DNA of 33,174 nucleotides from IMG/VR virus record IMGVR_UViG_3300005662_000123, positions 1-33,174 of that record; one strand, given 5' to 3'. This document shows positions 7,603 through 15,522 of the stretch, in pieces (the stretch's first letter is position 1; the number at the start of each line of letters is the position of its first letter). The position numbers were made by a program, and so were the translations under genes. This DNA comes from a virus. Taxonomy: Duplodnaviria; Caudoviricetes. The notes under the pieces are model-generated. The model had not been told where the DNA came from and ran no database searches. It was given only the letters and a program-made list of their open reading frames with translations.

Positions 7603-8145
7603 TTAAAATTCTTTAATTAAACAATAGGTCATTAATCTTTGGGGTCTTACTAATTCCACTATTTTTTCATAGTGGTCATTGTTATTGAGAACTTGGCACC
7701 CCTCACTCCATGCTCCAATTCGATTTAATATTTGGTCGCTACCCTCATGATATGTCGCTCCATGAATATTCATGTAAATTATGTCATTGTATTCGGGACC
7801 ATTAGTATCTGTTTTACCATCGAAATTCCTGTCTCGATAATACGGGATAGGTTTGACTTGACGCAAGGCTTTCATTTTCCCTCGGTGCAATCCATATCGA
7901 TAGGCGTTATAAAACCACATATCGTCTTTCATTACCGCAGTCCCTTTCAATCCCTTATTGGTTGTCCCCGAGGTTACCATGATAAATTGTTCCCCTTTCC
8001 ACAAATAAAATTTGTCATCGAATTTATCAGTTTCGTCCTCGATTGAGCGAACGCCTAGCAACCAATAGGAATCAGGAATCTTTACAAAGCTAGTCAATGC
8101 CTTTACCCTAGTTAGCAATTCTTTATCTGTGTATTTTCTTACCAT
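7603..8145 (-). CDS. Putative endolysin with L,D-transpeptidase (YkuD)-like His/Cys motif
   Basis: MNIHGA...IGAWSEGCQV; downstream of membrane-protein genes. Confidence 0.65.
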   Translation of the reverse strand: MVRKYTDKELLTRVKALTSFVKIPDSYWLLGVRSIEDETDKFDDKFYLWKGEQFIMVTSGTTNKGLKGTAVMKDDMWFYNAYRYGLHRGKMKALRQVKPIPYYRDRNFDGKTDTNGPEYNDIIYMNIHGATYHEGSDQILNRIGAWSEGCQVLNNNDHYEKIVELVRPQRLMTYCLIKEF

Positions 8146-8417
8146 TCGCTATCGTTTTTAATTATTATTGTGTCCCTGATTATCTTAACTACCTTAACAA
8201 CCTTTACCTTTGGCTTTTGGACTGAAATTGAATCTAGGGAATCTTTCATTTCCAACATTTTCTTTTCGTTTTCCAACTTCAATTCGTCTAGATATTTTTC
8301 CCCTTGTATTACATATTCAGGTTCTGTTTTTGAATCATCATGCTTTGGTATTGTAGGCATAAAAAATAATCCAATTGCACTTATAATAGTGGTTACTATC
8401 AAAACTTTATTTTCCAT
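8139..8417 (-). CDS. Membrane-anchored lysis-cassette protein (spanin-like?)
   Basis: Start MENKVLIV gives an N-terminal TM segment followed by a coiled coil. Confidence 0.5.
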   Translation of the reverse strand: MENKVLIVTTIISAIGLFFMPTIPKHDDSKTEPEYVIQGEKYLDELKLENEKKMLEMKDSLDSISVQKPKVKVVKVVKIIRDTIIIKNDSEW

Positions 8418-8655
8418 TATCAATTTCTTTTTTAAGGTTTTGTTGAAACACGATATCTTGTAATAACTTCTTTTCTCTTCGGCTTTCCTCGTCGCATTGT
8501 TCCACCCGCTTTTTATAGTCATTTACCTCCTGTTGCTTAGTGCTTAATAGCATTTTCCCAACCCAAATCAATGCACATATTAAGGCTATGAATAACCAAC
8601 TAAAAGGCGTTTTCAGAAATTGCTTAAACGATAGTTGTAATAGTAATTCTCTCAT
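8407..8655 (-). CDS. Putative holin / single-TM lysis protein
   Basis: TM FSWLFIALICALIWVG plus charged C-terminus; lysis-cassette position. Confidence 0.5.
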   Translation of the reverse strand: MRELLLQLSFKQFLKTPFSWLFIALICALIWVGKMLLSTKQQEVNDYKKRVEQCDEESRREKKLLQDIVFQQNLKKEIDNGK

Positions 8656-8752
8656 GGATTTTTTTCTCTTTTGGTTTTTCGCTTTTATCTTGTTTTTTTA
8701 GATACACTATCAGTTTCCTGATATTCTCATTTTTAGGTGTGTAGTTTTTCAT
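8624..8752 (-). CDS. Small basic protein (42 aa, MKNYTPKNENIRKLIVYLKK...)
   Basis: Below ORF-track cutoff; ATGA-coupled to the adaptor gene and fills the gap. Confidence 0.6.
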   Translation of the reverse strand: MKNYTPKNENIRKLIVYLKKQDKSEKPKEKKIHERITITTIV

Positions 8753-9495
8753 AAATACCAGCCACTGAAATTATTATTTGTACTAGGATAAACATCTCCA
8801 TTTGTGTTACTTTGATATTCAGGATAAAGGGATTGATTGAACGCAATATGGTCCAAAAATCTATTGGTATATTGTTCCGCTATATCCATTTGTTTTGCGA
8901 TTAACGAATCCATTTCGGATTTTTCCACATTTACCGCATTGTCCGAACTATGCTTATACACTCCACGATTCGCTATATTATATGCTGAAAATGGTAAATA
9001 CTCATAAAGTGCCCAATGCACTAGCATGGGTTTTACATATTTTTCTAGCAAATTATTGTAGTTGGTAGGGATTGAATATAAGGCAGTTATATTTAGCAAC
9101 GCGTCTGCATTCCCTGAATTAATTGTTACGGTATCCCCCACACTATAATTTTGTCCCCCATTTACCAATGTTACAGAAGTAATTTGCCCTCCAACTGCGG
9201 TATAGGAAACTATCATTCCCGTTCCATTTCCCGTTTGAGCGGTAGTGGAAATATTGGTTGCCGTAGTGTATCCTGTCCCTGAATTATTTACCGATATCGT
9301 TCCCGCCGATTTTACATAAACTTTCCTGATATCCTCTTTGAGCCTTTCAAATAACTTTGCACCTAGATAATTTTGGATATGAATATCTTGTGCTATTTTA
9401 ATGAATTGTAGGAACTTATCGCTATCGATATTTCCATTCATAGCGGTGTATTTAACCAAGTCCGCTCGTGTGATTAAAAGTGGTTCTAGTGCCAT
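8749..9495 (-). CDS. Putative head-tail adaptor with an inserted beta-rich domain
   Basis: Directly after portal; IAQDIHIQNYLG...YVKPMLVH helical core around a Gly/Thr-rich segment. Confidence 0.6.
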   Translation of the reverse strand: MALEPLLITRADLVKYTAMNGNIDSDKFLQFIKIAQDIHIQNYLGAKLFERLKEDIRKVYVKSAGTISVNNSGTGYTTATNISTTAQTGNGTGMIVSYTAVGGQITSVTLVNGGQNYSVGDTVTINSGNADALLNITALYSIPTNYNNLLEKYVKPMLVHWALYEYLPFSAYNIANRGVYKHSSDNAVNVEKSEMDSLIAKQMDIAEQYTNRFLDHIAFNQSLYPEYQSNTNGDVYPSTNNNFSGWYL

Positions 9496-11279
9496 TATTT
9501 GAATCTTTTATTGGTTGGCAAAAATCCGTTATACGGCATATCCTTTGGTCGCACTTCTACCCTAGGGTCATTCTTAACTATATACCCCATGCTTTCAGCT
9601 TTTTCCACCGCCATTCTGTGACGCTCTTCGAGGTTTGGATTATTCATATCTAGTCCACCATATTGGCTTAATGAAATATAAACTTGGCGTTTCCAAATAT
9701 GCCGACAATTACCGCCCCCCTTATACAAAAATATGTCATATTTATCCTCGCCGTTTGGTCCCCAACCTGGGTTGACTTCCATTTCCCTCATTTGAACAAT
9801 GTCCTCTTTGCGATATAGCTTGTTAGCATTTACGACCTTTGAGCAAAATTCCCTAGTCGATTTATCGCTAGGACCTGTGTATTTGTATCGACTAAAAAAT
9901 TTAGTTCCCTCTACCCATTTGTCATCTTCGCTCTTTGCGTTTGGTCTTGCATATCCCCTACTAACCTCTTTTAAATAGGCTTTGATTTTATCAATCGCAC
10001 TTAATTTTGGGTTATTCAGGGAATCTATTTGTTTATCCAAATCGTCCTCTGTTTCATAGTCGACATCGAATTCGTCAATCAATACCCAATCGTCGGGAAT
10101 ATCATGACCTAAACTAGCTACCAAATCAGGATTCGGTTTTTTGATTTTCGATAGGGTTTGATTTATCGTTGAATCTGTATTTCCAAATTCTAGCGGTTTT
10201 AAAGTTATGAATTCTAGATTCAAATTGATTCCGTTAAACGCTAGGATTTTTTCATATGCCTCGATTATCAATTCCTGATATGGTTTGATAACCATGTTGT
10301 AATATAGAATAAAGGAATTTTGCAGTTCATCTGCGTTGCTTGAAAATCCATTTGTGGACGCAATCCCAAATAAAAGCGGACTTGTAACATTGTGCCCTAG
10401 CATGATTTTACGCATACACTCTTCTGCTAGATATTCATAGTGATTCGGTGCATCGTTCAAAGGGATATCGTCGACCGTTGTTTTGTATTTTTCCTCCATA
10501 TTAAAGGCTACAATAACCCGCTTTCCTTTTGTCCCCGTCAATTTATTTATGGTCGTGTTTGCTATCTCGTCCCTTTGCTCTTCGCTAGGGATTCCATTGT
10601 TGAAATTAACGACCTTGGTACCTGAGAATCCATTTTGGACTTCATTGATTAAGTAATTGCTTATTTCCTCTTCTAGTACCATGTATGGAATCGCTCCCTG
10701 ATAATCAGGATACGCAAAATATTTCATGCCTACCGAATAAGGTTTTACCCAAAGGATTTCCAAAGGCTCGTTTGAGGTGCCAAATAACGGGATTCTCTTC
10801 GGTGGATATGTTTTGATATCGCTCCAATTATCCGAGTACCATATCGCCTCGATTTCGCCCTCTTTATTGCACTTTTCAGGTCTTATTAGGTGTATAGGCA
10901 TATGTTCGGCTTTCGCTATACTTTTCCTATCCTTAGAATAGATTATTTGCACCGCAAATTGACCCAATAATTTAGCGTCTAGGATATTCTGTTTTTGTAA
11001 TTGCTTTCCTAATAGCTTAATCATTCTAGCATAGTCGCTAGGTTTTATCGACGCATTGGTTGCAGTCAATCCCTTTCCATAAATCAATCGAACAATATTG
11101 TTTATGACCGCATTATTTGTAGGACTATTTGTGTATCGTTCAATCAGGAAATTATAGTAATCATTGTCCTCACCAAATTGCACCCATGAATCCTTTTTGC
11201 TTTCAATGATTTTTGGTGCCTCGTAATTTGATAATTCTAGGATATGTACCGCAGAAAAATCTGTATTATTGTTACTCAT
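9495..11279 (-). CDS. Portal protein with C-terminal extension
   Basis: FGEDNDY, SPTNNA, NEVQNGF, IMLGHNVTSPLLFGI...GFSSNADEL, portal-like pattern. Confidence 0.8.
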   Translation of the reverse strand: MSNNNTDFSAVHILELSNYEAPKIIESKKDSWVQFGEDNDYYNFLIERYTNSPTNNAVINNIVRLIYGKGLTATNASIKPSDYARMIKLLGKQLQKQNILDAKLLGQFAVQIIYSKDRKSIAKAEHMPIHLIRPEKCNKEGEIEAIWYSDNWSDIKTYPPKRIPLFGTSNEPLEILWVKPYSVGMKYFAYPDYQGAIPYMVLEEEISNYLINEVQNGFSGTKVVNFNNGIPSEEQRDEIANTTINKLTGTKGKRVIVAFNMEEKYKTTVDDIPLNDAPNHYEYLAEECMRKIMLGHNVTSPLLFGIASTNGFSSNADELQNSFILYYNMVIKPYQELIIEAYEKILAFNGINLNLEFITLKPLEFGNTDSTINQTLSKIKKPNPDLVASLGHDIPDDWVLIDEFDVDYETEDDLDKQIDSLNNPKLSAIDKIKAYLKEVSRGYARPNAKSEDDKWVEGTKFFSRYKYTGPSDKSTREFCSKVVNANKLYRKEDIVQMREMEVNPGWGPNGEDKYDIFLYKGGGNCRHIWKRQVYISLSQYGGLDMNNPNLEERHRMAVEKAESMGYIVKNDPRVEVRPKDMPYNGFLPTNKRFK

Positions 11280-11623
11280 ATTGTTATGAAATTATTTGCG
11301 TCCCCTGTCGAAATCAATTCGGTATTTGGACTATATGAATTTTTGTTTTGAGTGGTGCAAAATACCCTTTCCCTAAGTGCGATACTATTTCCCGTTCCTA
11401 ACTGCAAAGTGTAATATTTCCCCTCTTCAATCCTAGTCAATGTAGGTGTATTCGGAGTCAATGTAATACGGATATGGTTTTGATAATTTAATATCGAGGT
11501 CGCATTAAATGTTTGCACCAATTTTGATTGTTCATCGATTAATCGGATAGGATTATTTGGAATGAATCTAGGGGTTACCCAAATCGTTTGAGCCAAATTA
11601 ATTGTTGGATTTAATACTAACAT
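11276..11623 (-). CDS. Hypothetical virion protein
   Basis: 115 aa between tail tube and portal; ATGA overlap. Confidence 0.7.
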   Translation of the reverse strand: MLVLNPTINLAQTIWVTPRFIPNNPIRLIDEQSKLVQTFNATSILNYQNHIRITLTPNTPTLTRIEEGKYYTLQLGTGNSIALRERVFCTTQNKNSYSPNTELISTGDANNFITI

Positions 11624-11628
11624 ATTTA

Positions 11629-11655
11629 TATAACCTAGATATTGATTTTTGTTGT
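11629..11655 (-). promoter_or_regulatory. Putative late promoter L1
   Basis: ACAACA-N15-GTTATA, ATG 5 nt downstream. Confidence 0.7.
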
Positions 11656-11687
11656 AAAAAAAAAGGGAGTCTAATGACCCCCCTTTT
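11656..11687 (-). terminator. Intrinsic terminator after capsid/tail-tube genes
   Basis: G-rich stem ending GTC, ATTA loop, GACTCCC, then T9 on the minus strand. Confidence 0.85.
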
Positions 11688-11706
11688 ATCCTGAAATCAA
11701 TCAGTT

Positions 11707-12258
11707 TTATGAAACATGAACCGTCGCTCCACCCAATACGTTTGTAGCTAAATCCACTTCATCAGTAGTGTCAATGAAATTCGGTGGACTCATTTCTTGT
11801 CCTAGGAATGTCAAAGAATATCCATTGAAATCGCCAAGTGCCGAACCCGAAGAAACAGTCCCCGCATTTACATCGGCTCCTTGTAGCAATCCAACCATAA
11901 ACCATTGGTTACTTCTAGTATGCACGATGATATGAGGTCGACCATACGCTAGCATTTTGATATTCTTATGCGTAGCGGGGTCTTGTCTCTTTAATTGAAT
12001 AGTCAAGGTTTGGTCAAAATATGTTGTACCATTTTCCCTAGATGAAACGATAGTCGTTTCTAAGGAATTATTCCCTTTCAATTCATATTTGTAAATATCG
12101 GTAACATTCGCAATCGCAACGATTTGGTCGGGGTTGGCGGGAGTATCGTAAGTTACATCGACAGGTGCAATTCCATAATTGATAAAGTAAATTGCATTCA
12201 ATCCTGAAATCGAATCCTTACAAGCCTCTAGTCTACCATTTGTTATATCACAACTCAT
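11707..12258 (-). CDS. Putative major tail tube protein
   Basis: MSCDITNGRLEACKDSISG start, SRENGTTYFDQTL, GDFNGYSLTF; follows the capsid gene. Confidence 0.65.
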   Translation of the reverse strand: MSCDITNGRLEACKDSISGLNAIYFINYGIAPVDVTYDTPANPDQIVAIANVTDIYKYELKGNNSLETTIVSSRENGTTYFDQTLTIQLKRQDPATHKNIKMLAYGRPHIIVHTRSNQWFMVGLLQGADVNAGTVSSGSALGDFNGYSLTFLGQEMSPPNFIDTTDEVDLATNVLGGATVHVS

Positions 12259-12283
12259 TTCGCTTAAATTTTAAAGGTTACTA

Positions 12284-13234
12284 TTAAATGTTATATACAA
12301 CGATATCTTCGGTAACGCCATATTGAACTCCCGCTGTGTAACGCATTACAACTCGGACATTCTGCGAACCGTCGATATTTCCCATATCTATAACTTTTAC
12401 CTCATTGAAATCCGAAAGCAATCCTGTTCCGAACATCAAGTTATCTGTCGTTGTAGCGATAGCTTTATTTGAGGACATTCCGTTACACATGAATAAAGGA
12501 ACGCCATCGAAAGTCAAAGCATTCGTGTTTCCATTAAACCATTGAGAACCTTGGTTATTAACCCCTGATGCTCCAATTCCTGAAGTAAATCCACCTAATA
12601 AACGGATATAAGCACGCATGATATTTTGTGGAACATAGATTTTTAAGTTCTCATTTCCATAAAGGCGTGACGGGATAGCGTCTACGATACGGCCTAATTC
12701 TTGCTTGACATTTGATTCATTTACTACACCACCCGCAACTACGGCTAAATCCTGTCCCGCAGGTAATGTAACACCTGTCAATAAAGATTCAAAACCTTGG
12801 AATGTTCCTGAACCCGCAGTTCCCGTTCCTTTCCAAATTGAGTTCTCAGTATCCTGAGCGGTTAGGTTGGCAACATACGCAATTAGATAATCTGCAAATG
12901 ATTTTGGCAAAGTGTCAAACGCTGAATAACCCATAGAAATTGCCTCCCAATCGCTACGAAAATCTTTACGGCAAAGTTGCATATTGATTTCTAGTTCCTT
13001 CGGTTGCAAAACACGCTCTGTCAATGTTACAGATGACGTTGGCGTAAAATCGCAATTGGCGTCTTGGGTTGAGTTACCCATAGCGAAACGCTTAACTACT
13101 TGCTTAAATTTAATATTCGGGATTACCGTTAATCCTCCATTCTCAATAGTGTTCGCTGAAAGTAACGCGGCACTAATGTAACGACCCGCCGATTCACCGG
13201 CATATGTCGTAGTGATACTTGTTGTTGTTGGCAT
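12284..13234 (-). CDS. Major capsid protein
   Basis: 316 aa after scaffold; TTYAGE, TERVLQP, ENSIWKG, GTGLLSD, GSQNVRVVMRYTAGVQ. Confidence 0.8.
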   Translation of the reverse strand: MPTTTSITTTYAGESAGRYISAALLSANTIENGGLTVIPNIKFKQVVKRFAMGNSTQDANCDFTPTSSVTLTERVLQPKELEINMQLCRKDFRSDWEAISMGYSAFDTLPKSFADYLIAYVANLTAQDTENSIWKGTGTAGSGTFQGFESLLTGVTLPAGQDLAVVAGGVVNESNVKQELGRIVDAIPSRLYGNENLKIYVPQNIMRAYIRLLGGFTSGIGASGVNNQGSQWFNGNTNALTFDGVPLFMCNGMSSNKAIATTTDNLMFGTGLLSDFNEVKVIDMGNIDGSQNVRVVMRYTAGVQYGVTEDIVVYNI

Positions 13235-13251
13235 TTTTTATTTATTTGATT

Positions 13252-13851
13252 TTAGTTTTTACTTAATTTTTCCAATACGGAATCCATGGTTGTTCTTGCT
13301 CTTTTCGACGCAATCTTAGTCATTTGGATTTCGGTTGTATTTTCAGGGTTGTGGCTAATAGGCTTCGTAGCGGGTTCGTCTTTGCTCAATTCTAATTCCT
13401 CTTGTCTAGTCAAAGCGAGTGCTAGTTCCTCTTTTACCTTAGCTAATTCAGTAGCTAATTCGTCACGCTCTTTTGCGATTTCTTCTACCTTAGAAAAAAC
13501 GGTCTCTTTCACGACTGATTCAATCGTTCTTTTAATTTTTTGTTGCTCTTCGCTCATCTCTTCTGCGGGTTCCGTTTTTTGCTCTTCGGGATTTTCCTCT
13601 GAACTCGGGGCGTCTTTAATTTCTGCAATAACTCCTTCCTGAGTAATTGACAAAATTTGCCCTGATTCTAATTCGTATTCTCCAACAGGAACAGGCACAT
13701 TGCCATCGGGAGTTACTACAAAAACTTCCTTTCCTGATTCAAAAGAGTCAGCCTCTAATATGGTCTGTCCGTCGACCAATTTCATCTGTTCAAGCTCTAC
13801 CTCCATACCCAAGGCAGTCTTGATTGCTTTTAAAATTTTGTTATCGCTCAT
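13252..13851 (-). CDS. Putative capsid scaffolding protein
   Basis: Acidic, PVGEYEL motif, coiled coil, HNPE; upstream of capsid. Confidence 0.65.
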   Translation of the reverse strand: MSDNKILKAIKTALGMEVELEQMKLVDGQTILEADSFESGKEVFVVTPDGNVPVPVGEYELESGQILSITQEGVIAEIKDAPSSEENPEEQKTEPAEEMSEEQQKIKRTIESVVKETVFSKVEEIAKERDELATELAKVKEELALALTRQEELELSKDEPATKPISHNPENTTEIQMTKIASKRARTTMDSVLEKLSKN

Positions 13852-13874
13852 TTTTTATTTTTTGTAATTACCTA

Positions 13875-13901
13875 TATAACTTAAATATTGCATTATGTCG
13901 C
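13875..13901 (-). promoter_or_regulatory. Putative late promoter L2
   Basis: GCGACA-N15-GTTATA upstream of scaffold/capsid. Confidence 0.7.
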
Positions 13902-13910
13902 ATTTTTAGT

Positions 13911-13927
13911 CGATTTAAGGCACTTTT
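13911..13927 (+). repeat. Single sub-repeat of the 107-bp element
   Basis: CGATTTAAGGCACTTTT, identical to the first sub-repeat of copy B. Confidence 0.75.
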
Positions 13928-13931
13928 ACCA

Positions 13932-14243
13932 TTAATCTAATCTTCTTATCGTCTCTTGTTTTTTAATCAATTCTCGGTACTCTTTTATAGCAATAGGTTT
14001 TTTGCGATTATCCTCTGCGTATCTTACTATATCGTCAATTACCGATTGATACATTTTTATCCTGTCCGCATTCAATTGATTATATCTTTCGTATTGAGTG
14101 CTTAATATTCTGTCAAGTTCCTCTCCCCCTGATATGAAAGTTTGCCGACGCTTTTGTAAAACATTAAATCTTTTCAAAATACTTATTTGTTCCTCCATTG
14201 ACCTATCCAAGTCGGCTATTTGATTTTTTAACTCTTGATTCAT
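13932..14243 (-). CDS. Hypothetical helical protein
   Basis: 103 aa ORF in the head operon. Confidence 0.7.
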   Translation of the reverse strand: MNQELKNQIADLDRSMEEQISILKRFNVLQKRRQTFISGGEELDRILSTQYERYNQLNADRIKMYQSVIDDIVRYAEDNRKKPIAIKEYRELIKKQETIRRLD

Positions 14244-14246
14244 TTT

Positions 14247-14429
14247 TTATGGATTTGTTATTGTTCTTTCAGTATTCGTATTTACTATATTGCTAGTCCC
14301 CTGATTATTCAGGTTGCCAATTCCTTGTGCTTGTAAACTTCCGTCACAGCAATCTTTATGGTATTTTCCGTCTTTGCATATGCAACCCCTACGGCCTTTT
14401 GTCGGGGACGATTTACTTTGAGTTTTCAT
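14247..14429 (-). CDS. Small Cys-rich head-region protein
   Basis: RRGCICKDGKYHKDCCDGSLQAQGIG. Confidence 0.75.
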   Translation of the reverse strand: MKTQSKSSPTKGRRGCICKDGKYHKDCCDGSLQAQGIGNLNNQGTSNIVNTNTERTITNP

Positions 14430-14772
14430 TTTTTATCTGTTCTAATTTTCTTTGTGCCCACTCGATTCCCGCGTCTCCACCCCATGCTAACCACATCAAT
14501 CGTCCGCAACCGTCTCCTAGTTCTCTTTTGGAATTTTCTCTGTGTCTTTCAAAACTTGCCATGCGTGAAATCGTCTCCATACTGATATTTTCTCCGTTAG
14601 CAAGTTGGTTCGCTCGAGCCTTACCGACGCTCGTTCCACAACTACCCCAACCATTTTTTTCCGCCCACCTCAATGCAGTTTTTGCATTTTGCGAAGCCTG
14701 TTTTGGATAGTCATTGTAGGACTTCAAAAAGGTTTTGTAATAGATTTTTTTCAGTATTCTGTTCATTTTCAA
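14413..14772 (-). CDS. Head-region hypothetical protein
   Basis: SYNDYP...CGTSVGKARANQLA...RMASF...WLAWGG. Confidence 0.75.
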   Translation of the reverse strand: MKMNRILKKIYYKTFLKSYNDYPKQASQNAKTALRWAEKNGWGSCGTSVGKARANQLANGENISMETISRMASFERHRENSKRELGDGCGRLMWLAWGGDAGIEWAQRKLEQIKNENSK

Positions 14773-14789
14773 TATTTTTTCTAGTCGCT

Positions 14790-14896
14790 CTGAATCCCAA
14801 TACCAGTGGGCACTCTAGACTTCACATAAAAAAGGATATCTATATCCATATATATACCAAAGTGTCTTAAATCGCTTAAAAAGTGCCTTAAATCGC
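14790..14896 (-). repeat. 107-bp dispersed element, copy B
   Basis: GCGATTTAAG(G/A)CACTTT x2, GGATATAGATATC, GTGAA, AGAG-N14-GGGATTCAG. Confidence 0.9.
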
Positions 14897-15487
14897 ATCG
14901 GGGTTTTTTATAATTTGGCGTATTTTTTCGAGTATTTCACTAGGATTTTCGGCTGTTTTTTGGGAGTTCATGACCAATCTGTCGGCAAATTTTCCCTCAA
15001 TTGAGAACCCTTTTACCTTACCCATTTTGACATCATTCCACACCTCTTCGTTATACACTTTCATGCTAACCATCCATGTTCCTTGTGGCAAATCAAAGCC
15101 GTATAACTTTGTCGCTTTGTCATTTTCAGGGTCATCGATTATCCAACTTTCGACTACCGTCATTCCGTCTAATTTCTCTTCATGCTCGTATGTCGCATTG
15201 TTTTGGTTGGATTTCTGCATGAATAATTCACTCGCTTTTCGTATGGTCTCTGATTTGAAAAATATGTTATACTCCCCAAGTTTATTATCCTTACGATATA
15301 TTTTTTTGTCAGGAATCAAAGCGGGACCCATGAGTAATCTCTTCTCTTGGTCAATCTGTTTTAACTCGACTTCGTATTTTGATAACTTGATAAAATCCTC
15401 TTCGATAGCGGGTGAATATACAACCGACAGGGCATTCACTCCCGACCACCCTTTGCTCTCGTCAATTACTAATTCGATTTCTTTCAT
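14888..15487 (-). CDS. XkdF-like prohead serine protease
   Basis: GPALIPDK, VVESWII, GTWMVSMKV, VKGFSIEG. Confidence 0.8.
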   Translation of the reverse strand: MKEIELVIDESKGWSGVNALSVVYSPAIEEDFIKLSKYEVELKQIDQEKRLLMGPALIPDKKIYRKDNKLGEYNIFFKSETIRKASELFMQKSNQNNATYEHEEKLDGMTVVESWIIDDPENDKATKLYGFDLPQGTWMVSMKVYNEEVWNDVKMGKVKGFSIEGKFADRLVMNSQKTAENPSEILEKIRQIIKNPDAI

Positions 15488-15492
15488 AATTC

Positions 15493-15519
15493 TATAACCT
15501 GATTTTTTAAGTTTGTTGT
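15493..15519 (-). promoter_or_regulatory. Putative late promoter L3
   Basis: ACAACA-N15-GTTATA, ATG 5 nt downstream. Confidence 0.7.
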
Positions 15520-15522
15520 GAT

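Noticed and set aside
14790-14896. 107-bp element as tRNA, structured ncRNA or MITE
   Set aside because: No cloverleaf; the GGCACT/AGTGCC pairing in copy B is not preserved in A and C; no terminal inverted repeats or target-site duplications seen
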